64,000 nt of DNA from Solobacterium sp. (GCA_017536885.1 JAFWCM010000224.1:42013-106012); one strand, 5' to 3'; positions 28,087 through 38,117 are shown, numbered from the stretch's first letter. The notes: a model not told the origin generated them from the letters alone. Numbers and translations: made by a program.

Positions 28087-28978
28087 ACGACTTCTTTCCG
28101 ATCACACGTTCCAGAAGATAACCGATATATTTCACAAACACGGGAATGGTCACGTGATACTTTTTCATATTGGCAATCGCATCTCTCTGCATATACCTGG
28201 GGATGGAATAGCGCCACCGTTCCAGGGCGAGCGACTGATACACGGCGGTTCTCTGCTTTTTGGGCAAAGCATCGATCTCATCGCGGAATACTTCGATCCA
28301 GTACTCATCCGCTGCCTTCAGCCCTTCATAGGTCAGGGCATTCTCGCGTATTTCATAATGAATCGTAAGCAGGTCCTCATCGAGATAGGCCAGCTTATGG
28401 TGTTTCAGCAGCCTGGCCATGAACTCCATATCCTGGCGCTTGGCAAAGGTGATGTCATAGCCGCCGATCGCTCTTGCAAGATCGGTCCGGGCAAGAAGAT
28501 TCGAGCCGCTGCCGTTGTAGATCACCCGGGCGAGAGCGTAGGGATAAACCCATCCCTGAATTGTCTCGCCGCTTTCGTAAACCGACCCGTCTTTCAGGAG
28601 TTTATGATAGGCGGTATAGCAGCAGCTGTACTCCTCTCCCAGGGTTTCCAGAAGCTCTGCCTGCTTTCTCAGCTTGTCGGGGTGAATCTCATCGTCGTCA
28701 TCCAGAAAGGTGATGTATTTCCCACGGGCAATCTCCAGACCGCGGTTGCGCGACCAGGACGCCCGGCGGTTTTCCTCATTGACAAGATAAATCACGCCCC
28801 TGTTCAGATAAGGGCTCAGCGCTTCCGCGGTTTTCTTCTGTTCCTCGCTTCCCCTGCCGTTATCATCGACAACGATCACTTCGCAATCGCAGGTCTGCTT
28901 AAGAGCACTTTCGGCCGAGCGCGTAATCCGATCGCTTCTGCGATAGGTCGGAATCACTATGCTTACCAGAGGTTTCAT
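28058..28978 (-). CDS. GT2 glycosyltransferase
   Basis: MKPLVSIVIPTYRRSDRI...EVIVVDDNG...YITFLDDDDEIHP. The ATGA start overlaps the upstream stop. Confidence 0.85.
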   Translation of the reverse strand: MKPLVSIVIPTYRRSDRITRSAESALKQTCDCEVIVVDDNGRGSEEQKKTAEALSPYLNRGVIYLVNEENRRASWSRNRGLEIARGKYITFLDDDDEIHPDKLRKQAELLETLGEEYSCCYTAYHKLLKDGSVYESGETIQGWVYPYALARVIYNGSGSNLLARTDLARAIGGYDITFAKRQDMEFMARLLKHHKLAYLDEDLLTIHYEIRENALTYEGLKAADEYWIEVFRDEIDALPKKQRTAVYQSLALERWRYSIPRYMQRDAIANMKKYHVTIPVFVKYIGYLLERVIGKKSYGFKLIKNN

Positions 28979-29955
28979 CCTTTTTTCCCTTTCTTCCATA
29001 ACATTGAAATCTTCTGCTGCCCATACGCTCCGAGTATCCCTCCCAGGGTAAACACCGCAAGGTCCAGCCAGGGTTCGTTCATGAGATCCGGCCGCAGAGT
29101 GTCAAGCAGATAGAAGGCAAAGATATGCCACATGAAGATATCCATGGTATGCACGGAAAGCCAGGTGATGACCTGTCCGGGCATGCCTGCAAGTGAGACG
29201 CGGCAGAACAACAGATAAAGCGCGATACTCCAGGCAAGTCCATAGCTGACGTAATACAGCGCGGGCGGATACTTGAAGTCATAAAACACCGGAAACTTCA
29301 GGAAAACGCCGCTGATCAGAAAACTCACCGCAAAAAGGGCCGCAAGAGCTATGCGCTTCTTTTCACCGGTGCGTTCAAAGACCATGCCTTCAAAGGATAC
29401 TGTTCCGTAGGCGATGGTATAGGTAAAGAGATACTGCAGGACCTTGCCGACTCCCCCGATCAAAGCAAACACACGCAGAGAAAGCAGATCGTTGAGCAGA
29501 AGAACCGCCAGTGCCGACAGCGACAAGAGCATCGGGTCTGCCTTATCCCGGATCCGGATCAGAAACGGATTCAGAAGCGCACTGGTGAAAAAGACGCGGT
29601 ACACCCATACAAACAGTACTCCGCCGGCAAGAAGAAGATAGGACTGGAGGATTTCCCCGGGGGAAAAGGTCCTTCCGATCAGCCGGAAAAACAGAAAGAA
29701 AATGGTCAGAAATACCCATACCGGCAGGATCAGCCGCAGAAAGCGCTTCTTCACATAATCGGCATACGTCTCTGCTGTTCGGCAGGTCAGCGCAAAGGAA
29801 ATGCCGGAGACAAACATCAGAAGAATGACATCGAAATCTCTGGCATTGGTAAACCATGGAGAAAACCCGCAGTGGGCGCTGATCACAAGAAACAGTCCCA
29901 TGACGCGGAGCAGATCGATCGTACCGTTTCGTTTCCTCGCGAATGAGTCGTTCAT
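28975..29955 (-). CDS. Acyltransferase-3 family membrane O-acyltransferase
   Basis: RNGTIDLLRVMGLFLVISAHC..., about 10 TM segments, 326 aa. Confidence 0.75.
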   Translation of the reverse strand: MNDSFARKRNGTIDLLRVMGLFLVISAHCGFSPWFTNARDFDVILLMFVSGISFALTCRTAETYADYVKKRFLRLILPVWVFLTIFFLFFRLIGRTFSPGEILQSYLLLAGGVLFVWVYRVFFTSALLNPFLIRIRDKADPMLLSLSALAVLLLNDLLSLRVFALIGGVGKVLQYLFTYTIAYGTVSFEGMVFERTGEKKRIALAALFAVSFLISGVFLKFPVFYDFKYPPALYYVSYGLAWSIALYLLFCRVSLAGMPGQVITWLSVHTMDIFMWHIFAFYLLDTLRPDLMNEPWLDLAVFTLGGILGAYGQQKISMLWKKGKKG

Positions 29956-30013
29956 AACTTACCGATATTATTATACATTCCATCCGCATTTGGAAAAAAG
30001 CAAGGTTCAATGT

Positions 30014-31528
30014 ATGATGATTGTCGGTATGAATGAAGAAAGACGTCAGCTGAAATACGGTGCGATCATCTCCTATCTCGCCATATTCATCAATACGGCC
30101 ACCGCTCTGGTATATCTTCCGTGGATGGCGCGGAAGCTCGGAAAATCAGATTACGGGCTCTATACCCTGGCGTTTTCCTTTGTGAATTTCTTTCTGGTGG
30201 ATTTCGGCCTCAGTGCCGCGGTCACAAGATTTGTGGCAAAATACCGGGCCGAACATGATGAGGACAGCGCCAACCGGCTGATCGGCACGGTTACCAAAAT
30301 GTATTTTGCGATCGACGTCCTGCTTCTTTTTGTCATGATCATCGTCTATTTTCTGATCGATAAGATATACCGGGGGCTCACCCCGGCGGAGATCGCGACA
30401 TTCAAGCCGATGTTTCTGATCATGGCGGGATACAGCCTGTTTTCCCTTCCCTTTCTGTCTCTGCCGGGAATCCTGACCGCCTATGAGAAATTCATTTCGC
30501 TGAAGCTCTGCGATCTTGCCCAGAAGCTTCTGACCGTCGTTCTCATTATCCTCGCCATTCGGTCCGGCCATGGGGTGACGTGGGCTTTGGCCGCAAATGT
30601 CGTCGGCGGGCTCCTCGCCATAGCCATCAAGCTCTATCTCGTGCGGACCGAAACTCCCATCCGCATCAACTGGGAGGGACAGTCCATGGCGATTTTCCGC
30701 AGCGTGCTTGCCTTTTCGGTATGGACTACCGTGATCTCCATCGCCGAGCGGGCGATCTTCAACCTTGCCCCGACGATTCTCGGCATCACCGCCAACAGCA
30801 ATGAGATCGCTCTGTTTGCGCCGGCAAATTCCCTGGAGGGGTATTTCTACATGTTTGCGGCAGCGGTCAACGGCCTCTTTCTCGCCCGGATTTCCCGCTA
30901 TATCGCCAATGATGAGGAAGACCGCATCAGTGACCTGATGATCAAAGTCGGACGCTATCAGCTCGTTGTCATGGGACTGATCTTCATCGGCTTTCTCTGT
31001 ATCGGCGATGAATTCATGTCGTTATGGATGGGGGACGATTACCGCAGCGCCGCCTTCTGCGCGATTCTGATGTTTCTGCCGGATCTGCTGTTATTCACCC
31101 AGCAGATCGCCAATGACACCGTGATCGCGAAAAACGAAGTGAAGCACATGGCGTATTCCAATATCGGCATGGCGGTGATCTGCGTCGCCCTCTCCTTCCC
31201 CCTGAGCCGGAGATACGGCGCCCTGGGTTCGAGCATTGCGATCACGATTTCCTATTTCTTCAATTTTATCTATATGAACATCGTCTATTACCGGCGTCTC
31301 CATATCGATGTGTTCGATTTTTTCAGAAAGTGCTATCTGAGCTTCATTCTCCCCTATGCGATTACCATCATCGCCGCCAAACTGGTTCTGCCGCTGATCT
31401 CCCGCTCCGGCTGGACCGGTCTTCTTCTCAAGACGGCGGTGATCACGGTCATATACTTCATCCTGATCTGGCTGCTTGCCCTGAGTGAGGAAGAAAAAAA
31501 GATTGTCACCTCGAAGATCCTGAGATGA
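30014..31528 (+). CDS. wzx: Wzx-type flippase (MOP superfamily), no. 1
   Basis: KYGAIISYLAIFINTATALVYLPWMARKLGKSDYGLYTLAFSFVNFFLVDFGLSAAVTRFVAKY, about 12-14 TM segments. The track start at 29801 was rejected as an upstream extension. Confidence 0.8.
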   Translation: MMIVGMNEERRQLKYGAIISYLAIFINTATALVYLPWMARKLGKSDYGLYTLAFSFVNFFLVDFGLSAAVTRFVAKYRAEHDEDSANRLIGTVTKMYFAIDVLLLFVMIIVYFLIDKIYRGLTPAEIATFKPMFLIMAGYSLFSLPFLSLPGILTAYEKFISLKLCDLAQKLLTVVLIILAIRSGHGVTWALAANVVGGLLAIAIKLYLVRTETPIRINWEGQSMAIFRSVLAFSVWTTVISIAERAIFNLAPTILGITANSNEIALFAPANSLEGYFYMFAAAVNGLFLARISRYIANDEEDRISDLMIKVGRYQLVVMGLIFIGFLCIGDEFMSLWMGDDYRSAAFCAILMFLPDLLLFTQQIANDTVIAKNEVKHMAYSNIGMAVICVALSFPLSRRYGALGSSIAITISYFFNFIYMNIVYYRRLHIDVFDFFRKCYLSFILPYAITIIAAKLVLPLISRSGWTGLLLKTAVITVIYFILIWLLALSEEEKKIVTSKILR

Positions 31529-31552
31529 TCTTCCTGAATGACAATTCCCTTT

Positions 31553-31732
31553 TCAGGCTTCTTCCGAATCCGAAGAAGTCTTTTTTTCCACTTTTTCCTT
31601 TCCGGCATTGCTCAGAACCTGATCTGCCGCGGATTCCGCCTCATCCATCGCTGTCTTCAGAATCCTCGGAAGAATCACCGAACCGGCCGCCCATACCAGA
31701 AGCAGCGCCGCAATCTTCAGAATTTTTTTCAT
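31553..31732 (-). CDS. Small hypothetical membrane-anchored or secreted protein (59 aa)
   Basis: MKKILKIAALLLVWAAGSVILP..., then a charged tail. A strong AAAGGAG RBS sits 5-6 nt before the second ATG. Confidence 0.4.
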   Translation of the reverse strand: MKKILKIAALLLVWAAGSVILPRILKTAMDEAESAADQVLSNAGKEKVEKKTSSDSEEA

Positions 31733-31764
31733 CATGTCTCCTTTCGATGAATTCCTTCACACTT

Positions 31765-32334
31765 TCAATTTTGCACGATCCTCTGCGATTCCGCAAACAG
31801 ATCGCCGAACTCTCTCAGTATCCCGTTTACAACCTCTTCCGGAGCTTCGCCATTCATATCGTACAACCCTTCCGCCAGGCAAAACACCCCGTTTCCGTAA
31901 TACTCCAGATCTTCCCGGATCATTTTGAGACAGTGATCCTTATATCTGTTTTTGTATTCGTCATCGGTATACGCCGCATCGTTTTCATCGGTGAAGATCA
32001 GGCGGTCAAAGATGTGTTCCGGACTGTCCGTAAGTTCGATGCCGTGAACCCCGGCCTGAGCGAATACGGTCAGGGCATCCATCCGGTACGTGATCGGTGT
32101 GACCGCAATCACCTTGTTTCCCGCCTTGCGGAACAGGGAATCGAGAACTTCAATGCGCTTTTCATCCCGCTCTTCCAGCGTAAAACTGTCTTTGAATTCT
32201 GTCTGGCTCATCTGCACATCCTTCCGCACTTCCTCATCGAGATCGTAAAAATCGTATCCGGCCCGTTTTGCGGGCAGTTCTCCTATGGTGCTTTTTCCGA
32301 CGTTGGAAACCCCGAACAGACAGATGTTTTTCAT
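31765..32334 (-). CDS. P-loop kinase, shikimate-kinase (AroK)-like
   Basis: MKNICLFGVSNVGKSTIGELPAKRAGYDFYDLDEEV (Walker A plus a DxD-like motif), 189 aa. ATGA overlap with the upstream gene. Confidence 0.6.
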   Translation of the reverse strand: MKNICLFGVSNVGKSTIGELPAKRAGYDFYDLDEEVRKDVQMSQTEFKDSFTLEERDEKRIEVLDSLFRKAGNKVIAVTPITYRMDALTVFAQAGVHGIELTDSPEHIFDRLIFTDENDAAYTDDEYKNRYKDHCLKMIREDLEYYGNGVFCLAEGLYDMNGEAPEEVVNGILREFGDLFAESQRIVQN

Positions 32335-33611
32335 ACCGTCTTTTCTCCTTTGTTTTCTGTTTCCTCCTTCCCCGATGCCTGGCCGGCCGCATGATATGCA
32401 AGCATGCCGGCCGAAAGCCAGAAGAAGCTCGTCTCGGGGGCGGTGTGCGCCGTCCCGAGAATCGCCCGGTCGAGCATCGACTCTGCCAGCACCCCGGCAA
32501 GCAGTACGGCCTTCATCGTCCAGCCCGGCTTCTCACGGACCATCTGACGGAGAAAGAGCACCGCAAAGACCGCGATGGGAACCGTCCCGCAGAGCCCCGT
32601 CCAGAAGAGAAGGTTGAAGATGAGGTTATGGGTATCAAAGTACGTCCGGAACATGTGGGTAAAGTTCATCCATCCGTATCCGAAGATCGGACGGGCAAGG
32701 AACCCCTGCCAGGCCGAAGCCCAGTATGCGCTTCGGCCGGTGGTGAGAAACCGCAGGGTCTTCTCCGGATCCTCCCTCATCTGTTCCATCATCCCCATCA
32801 GGGCATCGTGCTTTACCGCAAAGACCAGTACCGCCCCGGCAAAGAGTCCGCCTGTGATCAGAAGACAGGCTGTCTTCGCAGAGGTTTTGCGCTTCAGAAA
32901 GCGATACAGCAGGATCAGTGCGACAACGGCGAGCTCCACCATCGAAGTTCTGACATCGAGGTAAACCACCGTGATCACGGCGATGATGATGCATACTGCC
33001 GCAAGGATCGGATTCCACTTCTTTTCTTCCAGAAGGAAGAGGCTCAATATCACGCTGAGGGCGCAGAGATTTCCGCCGTCGGCGGAATATCCGAACAGCC
33101 CGCAGAAGCGCGTCTCCTCTCCCATGTGGCCATAGGTAAAGATGCGCGATCCATCCGCAAGCCCCCCCGGCAGCGAAAGATTCATCTTATAGCATGCCAG
33201 AAGGAACAGTGATCCCGCCGCAAGAAGCACGATGAACCCGGCGCTGATCTCTGCCAGCAGGGTATAGAACTTCCGTGCACTTTCCGCGCTTTCTCTTTTC
33301 GGCAAAGAGAAGATCAGAAGAAGACTCATCACCTGCCAGAGCGAAAGCCAGGCATCGGGATTGACCTCACTGAGATTGACCAGGGTCGAAACCAGCGCTC
33401 CGGCCGCAAAGGCCAAAAGACATGCCTGCAGGTGATCCGGCCGGCGCTTTTCCTTCAGTGCTTCAGCGAAAAAAACCAGCGGCCACAGGATCGTCAGCGC
33501 CGTCAGGATCTCATTGATCCACGGAAAAAAGTGATAGATGATTCCCCGCAGAAGATACCCGATCACATAGACGAAAACATAGTTTTTCCGGTCCAGTACA
33601 AACGATTTCAT
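32331..33611 (-). CDS. O-antigen ligase/Wzy_C-family polytopic membrane protein
   Basis: 426 aa with multiple TM segments. The loop ARPIFGYGWMNFTHMFRTYFDTHNLIFNLLFWTGLCG is typical of the Wzy_C family. Confidence 0.7.
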   Translation of the reverse strand: MKSFVLDRKNYVFVYVIGYLLRGIIYHFFPWINEILTALTILWPLVFFAEALKEKRRPDHLQACLLAFAAGALVSTLVNLSEVNPDAWLSLWQVMSLLLIFSLPKRESAESARKFYTLLAEISAGFIVLLAAGSLFLLACYKMNLSLPGGLADGSRIFTYGHMGEETRFCGLFGYSADGGNLCALSVILSLFLLEEKKWNPILAAVCIIIAVITVVYLDVRTSMVELAVVALILLYRFLKRKTSAKTACLLITGGLFAGAVLVFAVKHDALMGMMEQMREDPEKTLRFLTTGRSAYWASAWQGFLARPIFGYGWMNFTHMFRTYFDTHNLIFNLLFWTGLCGTVPIAVFAVLFLRQMVREKPGWTMKAVLLAGVLAESMLDRAILGTAHTAPETSFFWLSAGMLAYHAAGQASGKEETENKGEKTV

Positions 33612-34732
33612 TTCAGATGTTTCAGATATTCCATAAAGTTCTGCTTGTTTTCCAGCGCCGTTGTCGTCGGCCGGCCAAGATCTGCCCTGGCACCGATCGA
33701 AGACATCACTTCAATCAGGGAAAGACAATGATTTTCCTTTGCCTGGCGCAGAGCTTCATCAAGCTCTTCAAAGGTTTCGGCACGCACGGCGCTTTGATAT
33801 CCGCAGGCTTTTGCGATCGCCGTAAGATCCGCAGAGCTTGCGGCCGTGGGCATTCCCCCTACCGTCTCATGCGCTTCGTTATTGATGATGATATGGATGA
33901 GGTTATCCGGGGAAACGCTGCCGATCACGGCCATAGCCCCCATATGCATGAGTGCCGCCCCATCCCCGTCGATACACCAGACGGTAGTTTCGGGTTTGTT
34001 TATGGCAGTGCCCAGGGCAATACTGGAAGCGTGGCCCATCGATCCTACCGTCAGGAAATCCCTCTCGTGGCTCTCTTTTGCCCGGGCGCGGATTTCAAAC
34101 AGTTCCCGGCTTGCCTTGCCGGTGGTGGAGATGATCGGATCACTGCCGCTGGCGGCGGTGATGTGTTCGATGATCTCTTCCCGCTTCATGGCATAGCGGT
34201 TGCGGTAGTCCACGGGTTCCGCGTAGGTCAGCGCTCCCTTGCGGATGATGAAGGCAACATCCTTTCCCTCGCCGAGAAGTGCTCTGAACTGTTCCATGAC
34301 AGTGCTCAGTTCTTCTTCGGTGGTGTCTTTTGACACGATGAAAGAGGTGACCCCCATGACATCCATCAGGCTCACGGTCACTTCCCCCTGATAGATATGC
34401 TGGGGTTCATCATGAACGCCCGGTTCCCCGCGCCAGCCGATCACAAAGATCATCGGAATCTGATAGACCTTCTCATTGAGCAGCGACGCCAGGGGATTGA
34501 TGATGTTTCCCTCGCCGCTGTTCTGCATGTATACCAGGGGCACCTTGCCGGTGGCGAGATGATATCCCGCCGCGATCGCAGTGCAGTTTCCCTCATTTGC
34601 GGCGATGATGTGATGGTTCGGGTCGATTCCGTAAGTATGCATCAGATAGTTGCACAGCGGCTTCAGCTGGGAATCGGGAACGCCGGTAAAAAACTCCGCA
34701 CCGAGAATTCGGACAAAAGACTCCGCCTTCAT
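33608..34732 (-). CDS. aepY: Phosphonopyruvate decarboxylase (ThDP-dependent)
   Basis: FFTGVPDSQLKPLCNYL...AANEGNCTAIAAGYHLATGK...VGSMGHASSIALG...CIDGDGAALMHMG...IIINNEAHETVGG, 374 aa. Confidence 0.9.
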   Translation of the reverse strand: MKAESFVRILGAEFFTGVPDSQLKPLCNYLMHTYGIDPNHHIIAANEGNCTAIAAGYHLATGKVPLVYMQNSGEGNIINPLASLLNEKVYQIPMIFVIGWRGEPGVHDEPQHIYQGEVTVSLMDVMGVTSFIVSKDTTEEELSTVMEQFRALLGEGKDVAFIIRKGALTYAEPVDYRNRYAMKREEIIEHITAASGSDPIISTTGKASRELFEIRARAKESHERDFLTVGSMGHASSIALGTAINKPETTVWCIDGDGAALMHMGAMAVIGSVSPDNLIHIIINNEAHETVGGMPTAASSADLTAIAKACGYQSAVRAETFEELDEALRQAKENHCLSLIEVMSSIGARADLGRPTTTALENKQNFMEYLKHLK

Positions 34733-35166
34733 TCTTTTTCTCCGCGCTCTTCGATCGCATGGATGATCGCGGTGGAACTGACACCCTTGGTGTACTCGGG
34801 TTCAATCACCTTGCCGCCCCACTCTGCCATGGTCGCAATCGCCTTTTCCCGGACCTTTGCCAGCGGGCCTTCTCTCCAGTCGGTTCCGTGCACCATATAA
34901 TCGGGTTTGAGTTCCCGCAGATTCGGTTCATAATCCTTGGTGATCTGCGGCACGACTTTCACGACACCCTTCATGTTTTCGATCACGATTTTTCTCTGAT
35001 CATATTTCATGTAGGGAACCCGCTTGTAGCTCGCAATCGCCTCATCGGTAAACAGACCGACAATCACGTCGCCATAGGATGCGGCGGTCTTCAGGATGTT
35101 CACGTGTCCGGGGTGAACAATGTCCGCCGCCATCGGTACATACACAGTTTTTCTTTTTTCGCTCAT
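34729..35166 (-). CDS. Stand-alone TagD/ECT-like cytidylyltransferase (HxGH type)
   Basis: VYVPMAADIVHPGHVNIL...HGTDWREG...EYTKGVSSTAII (RTxGISTT-like motif retained), 145 aa. Confidence 0.85.
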   Translation of the reverse strand: MSEKRKTVYVPMAADIVHPGHVNILKTAASYGDVIVGLFTDEAIASYKRVPYMKYDQRKIVIENMKGVVKVVPQITKDYEPNLRELKPDYMVHGTDWREGPLAKVREKAIATMAEWGGKVIEPEYTKGVSSTAIIHAIEERGEKE

Positions 35167-35172
35167 AGTCCT

Positions 35173-36474
35173 TTACTCCAGTTCATCTATCATTCGTATA
35201 ATCCTGCCGAAAGGCATCAGTTTCTCTTCCGCTTCTTCACTTCTGTGATTTCTCAGAATGCTTTCCGCCGCTTCCTGCATAGCCGGCACCGCCGCCCGCA
35301 TCAGCTGGTTGGCATAGATCACGACATTGATGCCGTGCTCCGAAAGCTGTTCCAGCCTCTCTCCGCAGAAACTTGTCGGCACCACGATGATCGGGGTGGT
35401 TTTGTCCGTTTCGCGGAAGCGGTCACAGAACTCATAGATCTCATCCGGTTCTTTCCTGCGGGAGTGAATCATGATTCCCTCGGCTCCCGCTTCAACATAG
35501 GCCCGGCACCGCTTCAGTGCGTCTTCCATCCCTTTTTCCAGAATCAGTGACTCACATCTTGCGATGATCATGAAGTCATTCGTGCGCCGGACGCTTTTCC
35601 CCGCGGATATCTTGGCACAGAACGCTTCGATCTCATCCTGGGTCTGTTCCGCCTCGGTTCCGAACAGGCTGTTTTTCTTGAGCCCCGTCTTGTCTTCGAT
35701 GATCACCGCCGATACCCCCATTCGCTCCAGGGAACGCACGAGGTATACGAAGTGTTCCTGGCGGCCGCCGGTATCCCCGTCAAAGATGATCGGCTTGGTG
35801 GTTACCTCCATCAGCTCTTCAATCGTCTGAAAGCGGCTCGTCATATCCACGAGTTCAATATCCGGCTTTCCCTTGTCAGTCGAATCGCACAGCGAGCTAA
35901 CCCACATCGCGTCAAACTGGCGGGCACCGCCCTCTTCATAGACGACGGTCTTTTCGACAATGAGTCCGGTCAGGCCGCTGTGGGCTTCCATCGCGGTGAC
36001 CACCGGCTTCATCGCAATCATCTTCTTCAGTTTGGACCGCCGCTGATCGGGAAGCGAGCTCTGATCGCGGAAATAGCTGTCCAGCTTTTTGTAGGCGGGA
36101 TTGGCGGAATAGGGAAATTCGACCAGCTCGCCGCCATAGGTCTTCAGCACTTCGATCACTTCTTCCCGTACCGGAGAGAGAACGCCTTCCTTCCAGTTGT
36201 CCCCATGAACGACATAGTCGGGCCGGTATTTCAGCAGGTTTTCCCGAAAGCTCAGCGTCTTCTGGGGGACGATGGTTTTCACTTCCTTCAGATCTTCGAA
36301 GATCTTTTTGCGCTCCTGGTAGTCAAGAAGCGGAAAGCGTTTATAGCTGGCGACGGCCTCATCCGTAAACAGACCGATCATCACATCACCAAGCCCTGCC
36401 GCGTTTCTGATGAGATTGATATGACCGCCGTGAAGGATGTCTGTGCTCACCGCGACATAAACTGTTTTTGACAT
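35173..36474 (-). CDS. aepX: Cytidylyltransferase (HxGH type)-phosphoenolpyruvate mutase fusion, copy 2
   Basis: MSKTVYVAVSTDILHGGHINLI...HGDNWKEG, then AMWVSSLCDS, IFDGDTGG, VIIEDKTGLKKNSLFG, IIARCES. By eye, long runs of the mutase domain are identical to copy 1. Confidence 0.9.
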   Translation of the reverse strand: MSKTVYVAVSTDILHGGHINLIRNAAGLGDVMIGLFTDEAVASYKRFPLLDYQERKKIFEDLKEVKTIVPQKTLSFRENLLKYRPDYVVHGDNWKEGVLSPVREEVIEVLKTYGGELVEFPYSANPAYKKLDSYFRDQSSLPDQRRSKLKKMIAMKPVVTAMEAHSGLTGLIVEKTVVYEEGGARQFDAMWVSSLCDSTDKGKPDIELVDMTSRFQTIEELMEVTTKPIIFDGDTGGRQEHFVYLVRSLERMGVSAVIIEDKTGLKKNSLFGTEAEQTQDEIEAFCAKISAGKSVRRTNDFMIIARCESLILEKGMEDALKRCRAYVEAGAEGIMIHSRRKEPDEIYEFCDRFRETDKTTPIIVVPTSFCGERLEQLSEHGINVVIYANQLMRAAVPAMQEAAESILRNHRSEEAEEKLMPFGRIIRMIDELE

Positions 36475-36509
36475 ACTGCACCTCTCAGCCGTTCAGAATC
36501 ATACTCCAT

Positions 36510-38117
36510 TCACTTGACGAGATACGATTTCATTTCCTCATAATTCCGGAAGCTGTAAACCCGGTGGTTTTCAGTCTCATAGATCAGATGATCTTCCGGA
36601 AGGAGCTGCTTGTTCTGATAATAGTGATAATCCTTTCCGGAAAATAAGGCAAATACCTTTCCTTCCGGGATATATCCGTTATGGGAGATGACCTGGCCCC
36701 AGGGTTCCACATCGGTGATCACATGTTCATTCATCTTGTTGTGTCCGAAGAACCAGATCTGCATCTCAATATCGCCGTCCGCAAGTTCGGTAAGAACATT
36801 CGCTTCCCAGAATCCGGAATACCCGTAGGTATAACCCTGCTCCTTCAGAAACGCCGCCAGAGGAGTGCGGTCCTCCGCTTCATAGTCCAGGAGGCATGCG
36901 TTTCTCTGATAACGGTATTCCAGCATGCCTGCCCCAATCATCATCAACAACAGCGGTGTCACTGCAAAGACGGTCCGGTTGGAAAACCAGTGCGCTTCAT
37001 GAATCCAGAGGGCGATCAGAAACCACACAAAGACAAGCAGAGTGAGATTGTAGCGGTCGAAATAGGACATATCCGAAAACCCGTACAGAAGCAGGAAGAG
37101 CATCAGCCCGAACAGAAAGAATACCGTCATGCTGTAATAGGTCCGGGAGACCCAGGCAGAATTCTTCAGGGCATACACAATCGCAAAGACCGCAAGCAGG
37201 AAGACGATTCCGGCGACCACATTGCTGATCAGGGATTTGGCAGTCACCTCTCCGATTCTAAAGCCGAAGGAATTCAGAAATCCGTTGATGGTTTCAATGA
37301 AGCGGTCCAGATTGAACCCGGTGAACTTGAATCCCCATCCCATAAAGGAGAAATACTTTGTCAGAACGATCTGATTGAAAAGATACCCAAGTCCCCCGGC
37401 CAGAAGATCGAGAAATGTGATCGTGCAGAGACGAAGCGCCGTCACTTTTTTGAGGGCGGGACGGCCGGTGTAAAGCAGAAGATAAAAGAACATCGCCGTA
37501 AGCGCCGCCGGCAGATACACACTGAGCATCTGCCGCAGTCCGACAGCACAGGTCAGAAATGCAATCACAAGAGACAGAATCAGATACAGTAGGTTCTTTC
37601 CCTTTCCCGAATCTGCCGTATATCCCGCCATAAACCCCAGGCCCAGAAAGGAAAGGATCACGCTGGGCGTATAATGCCCGGCCCAAAGGACAATGTAGTA
37701 ATAGTCATCGGAGATCGGCGTCAGGACCAGAAGCGCAATCAGCGGAAAGAGCTTTGAAATCCTGATTTGACGGGTCAGAAACCAGAGACTTGCCAGCAGG
37801 ATCACGTGAATGATGACTACGGAAACCAGGCGGACCATGCGCCAGTTCTGTATAAAGCGGAACACCAGGGAATAGATCAGGGTCGAATGAAGAATACGGA
37901 ACTCGGAGGAATAATACCAGTTCGTGGAATAGATTCCGTTGCCCTGGGAGAGAATCTTCCCGAGCAGAAGCTCGCTTGATTCATCCGAGCCGATCAAAAG
38001 ATTCATGTATTTGTTCAGAAACCAGAAAAAATACAGTTCCATCACAGCCAGGAGAAACAGGATCACCCAGGTCCCGTATTTTTCTCCGAATTGTCTTATC
38101 TTATCCGTCTTTCCCAT
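36510..38117 (-). CDS. GT-C-like polytopic membrane protein, paralog family member 1
   Basis: MGKTDKIRQFGEKYGTWVILFLLAVMELYFFWFLNKYMNLLIGSDESSELLLGKIL...WYYSSEFRILHSTLIY. More than 10 TM segments plus a C-terminal soluble domain (GYTYGYSGFWEANVLTELADGDIEMQIW). An AAAGGAG RBS is present. Confidence 0.55.
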   Translation of the reverse strand: MGKTDKIRQFGEKYGTWVILFLLAVMELYFFWFLNKYMNLLIGSDESSELLLGKILSQGNGIYSTNWYYSSEFRILHSTLIYSLVFRFIQNWRMVRLVSVVIIHVILLASLWFLTRQIRISKLFPLIALLVLTPISDDYYYIVLWAGHYTPSVILSFLGLGFMAGYTADSGKGKNLLYLILSLVIAFLTCAVGLRQMLSVYLPAALTAMFFYLLLYTGRPALKKVTALRLCTITFLDLLAGGLGYLFNQIVLTKYFSFMGWGFKFTGFNLDRFIETINGFLNSFGFRIGEVTAKSLISNVVAGIVFLLAVFAIVYALKNSAWVSRTYYSMTVFFLFGLMLFLLLYGFSDMSYFDRYNLTLLVFVWFLIALWIHEAHWFSNRTVFAVTPLLLMMIGAGMLEYRYQRNACLLDYEAEDRTPLAAFLKEQGYTYGYSGFWEANVLTELADGDIEMQIWFFGHNKMNEHVITDVEPWGQVISHNGYIPEGKVFALFSGKDYHYYQNKQLLPEDHLIYETENHRVYSFRNYEEMKSYLVK

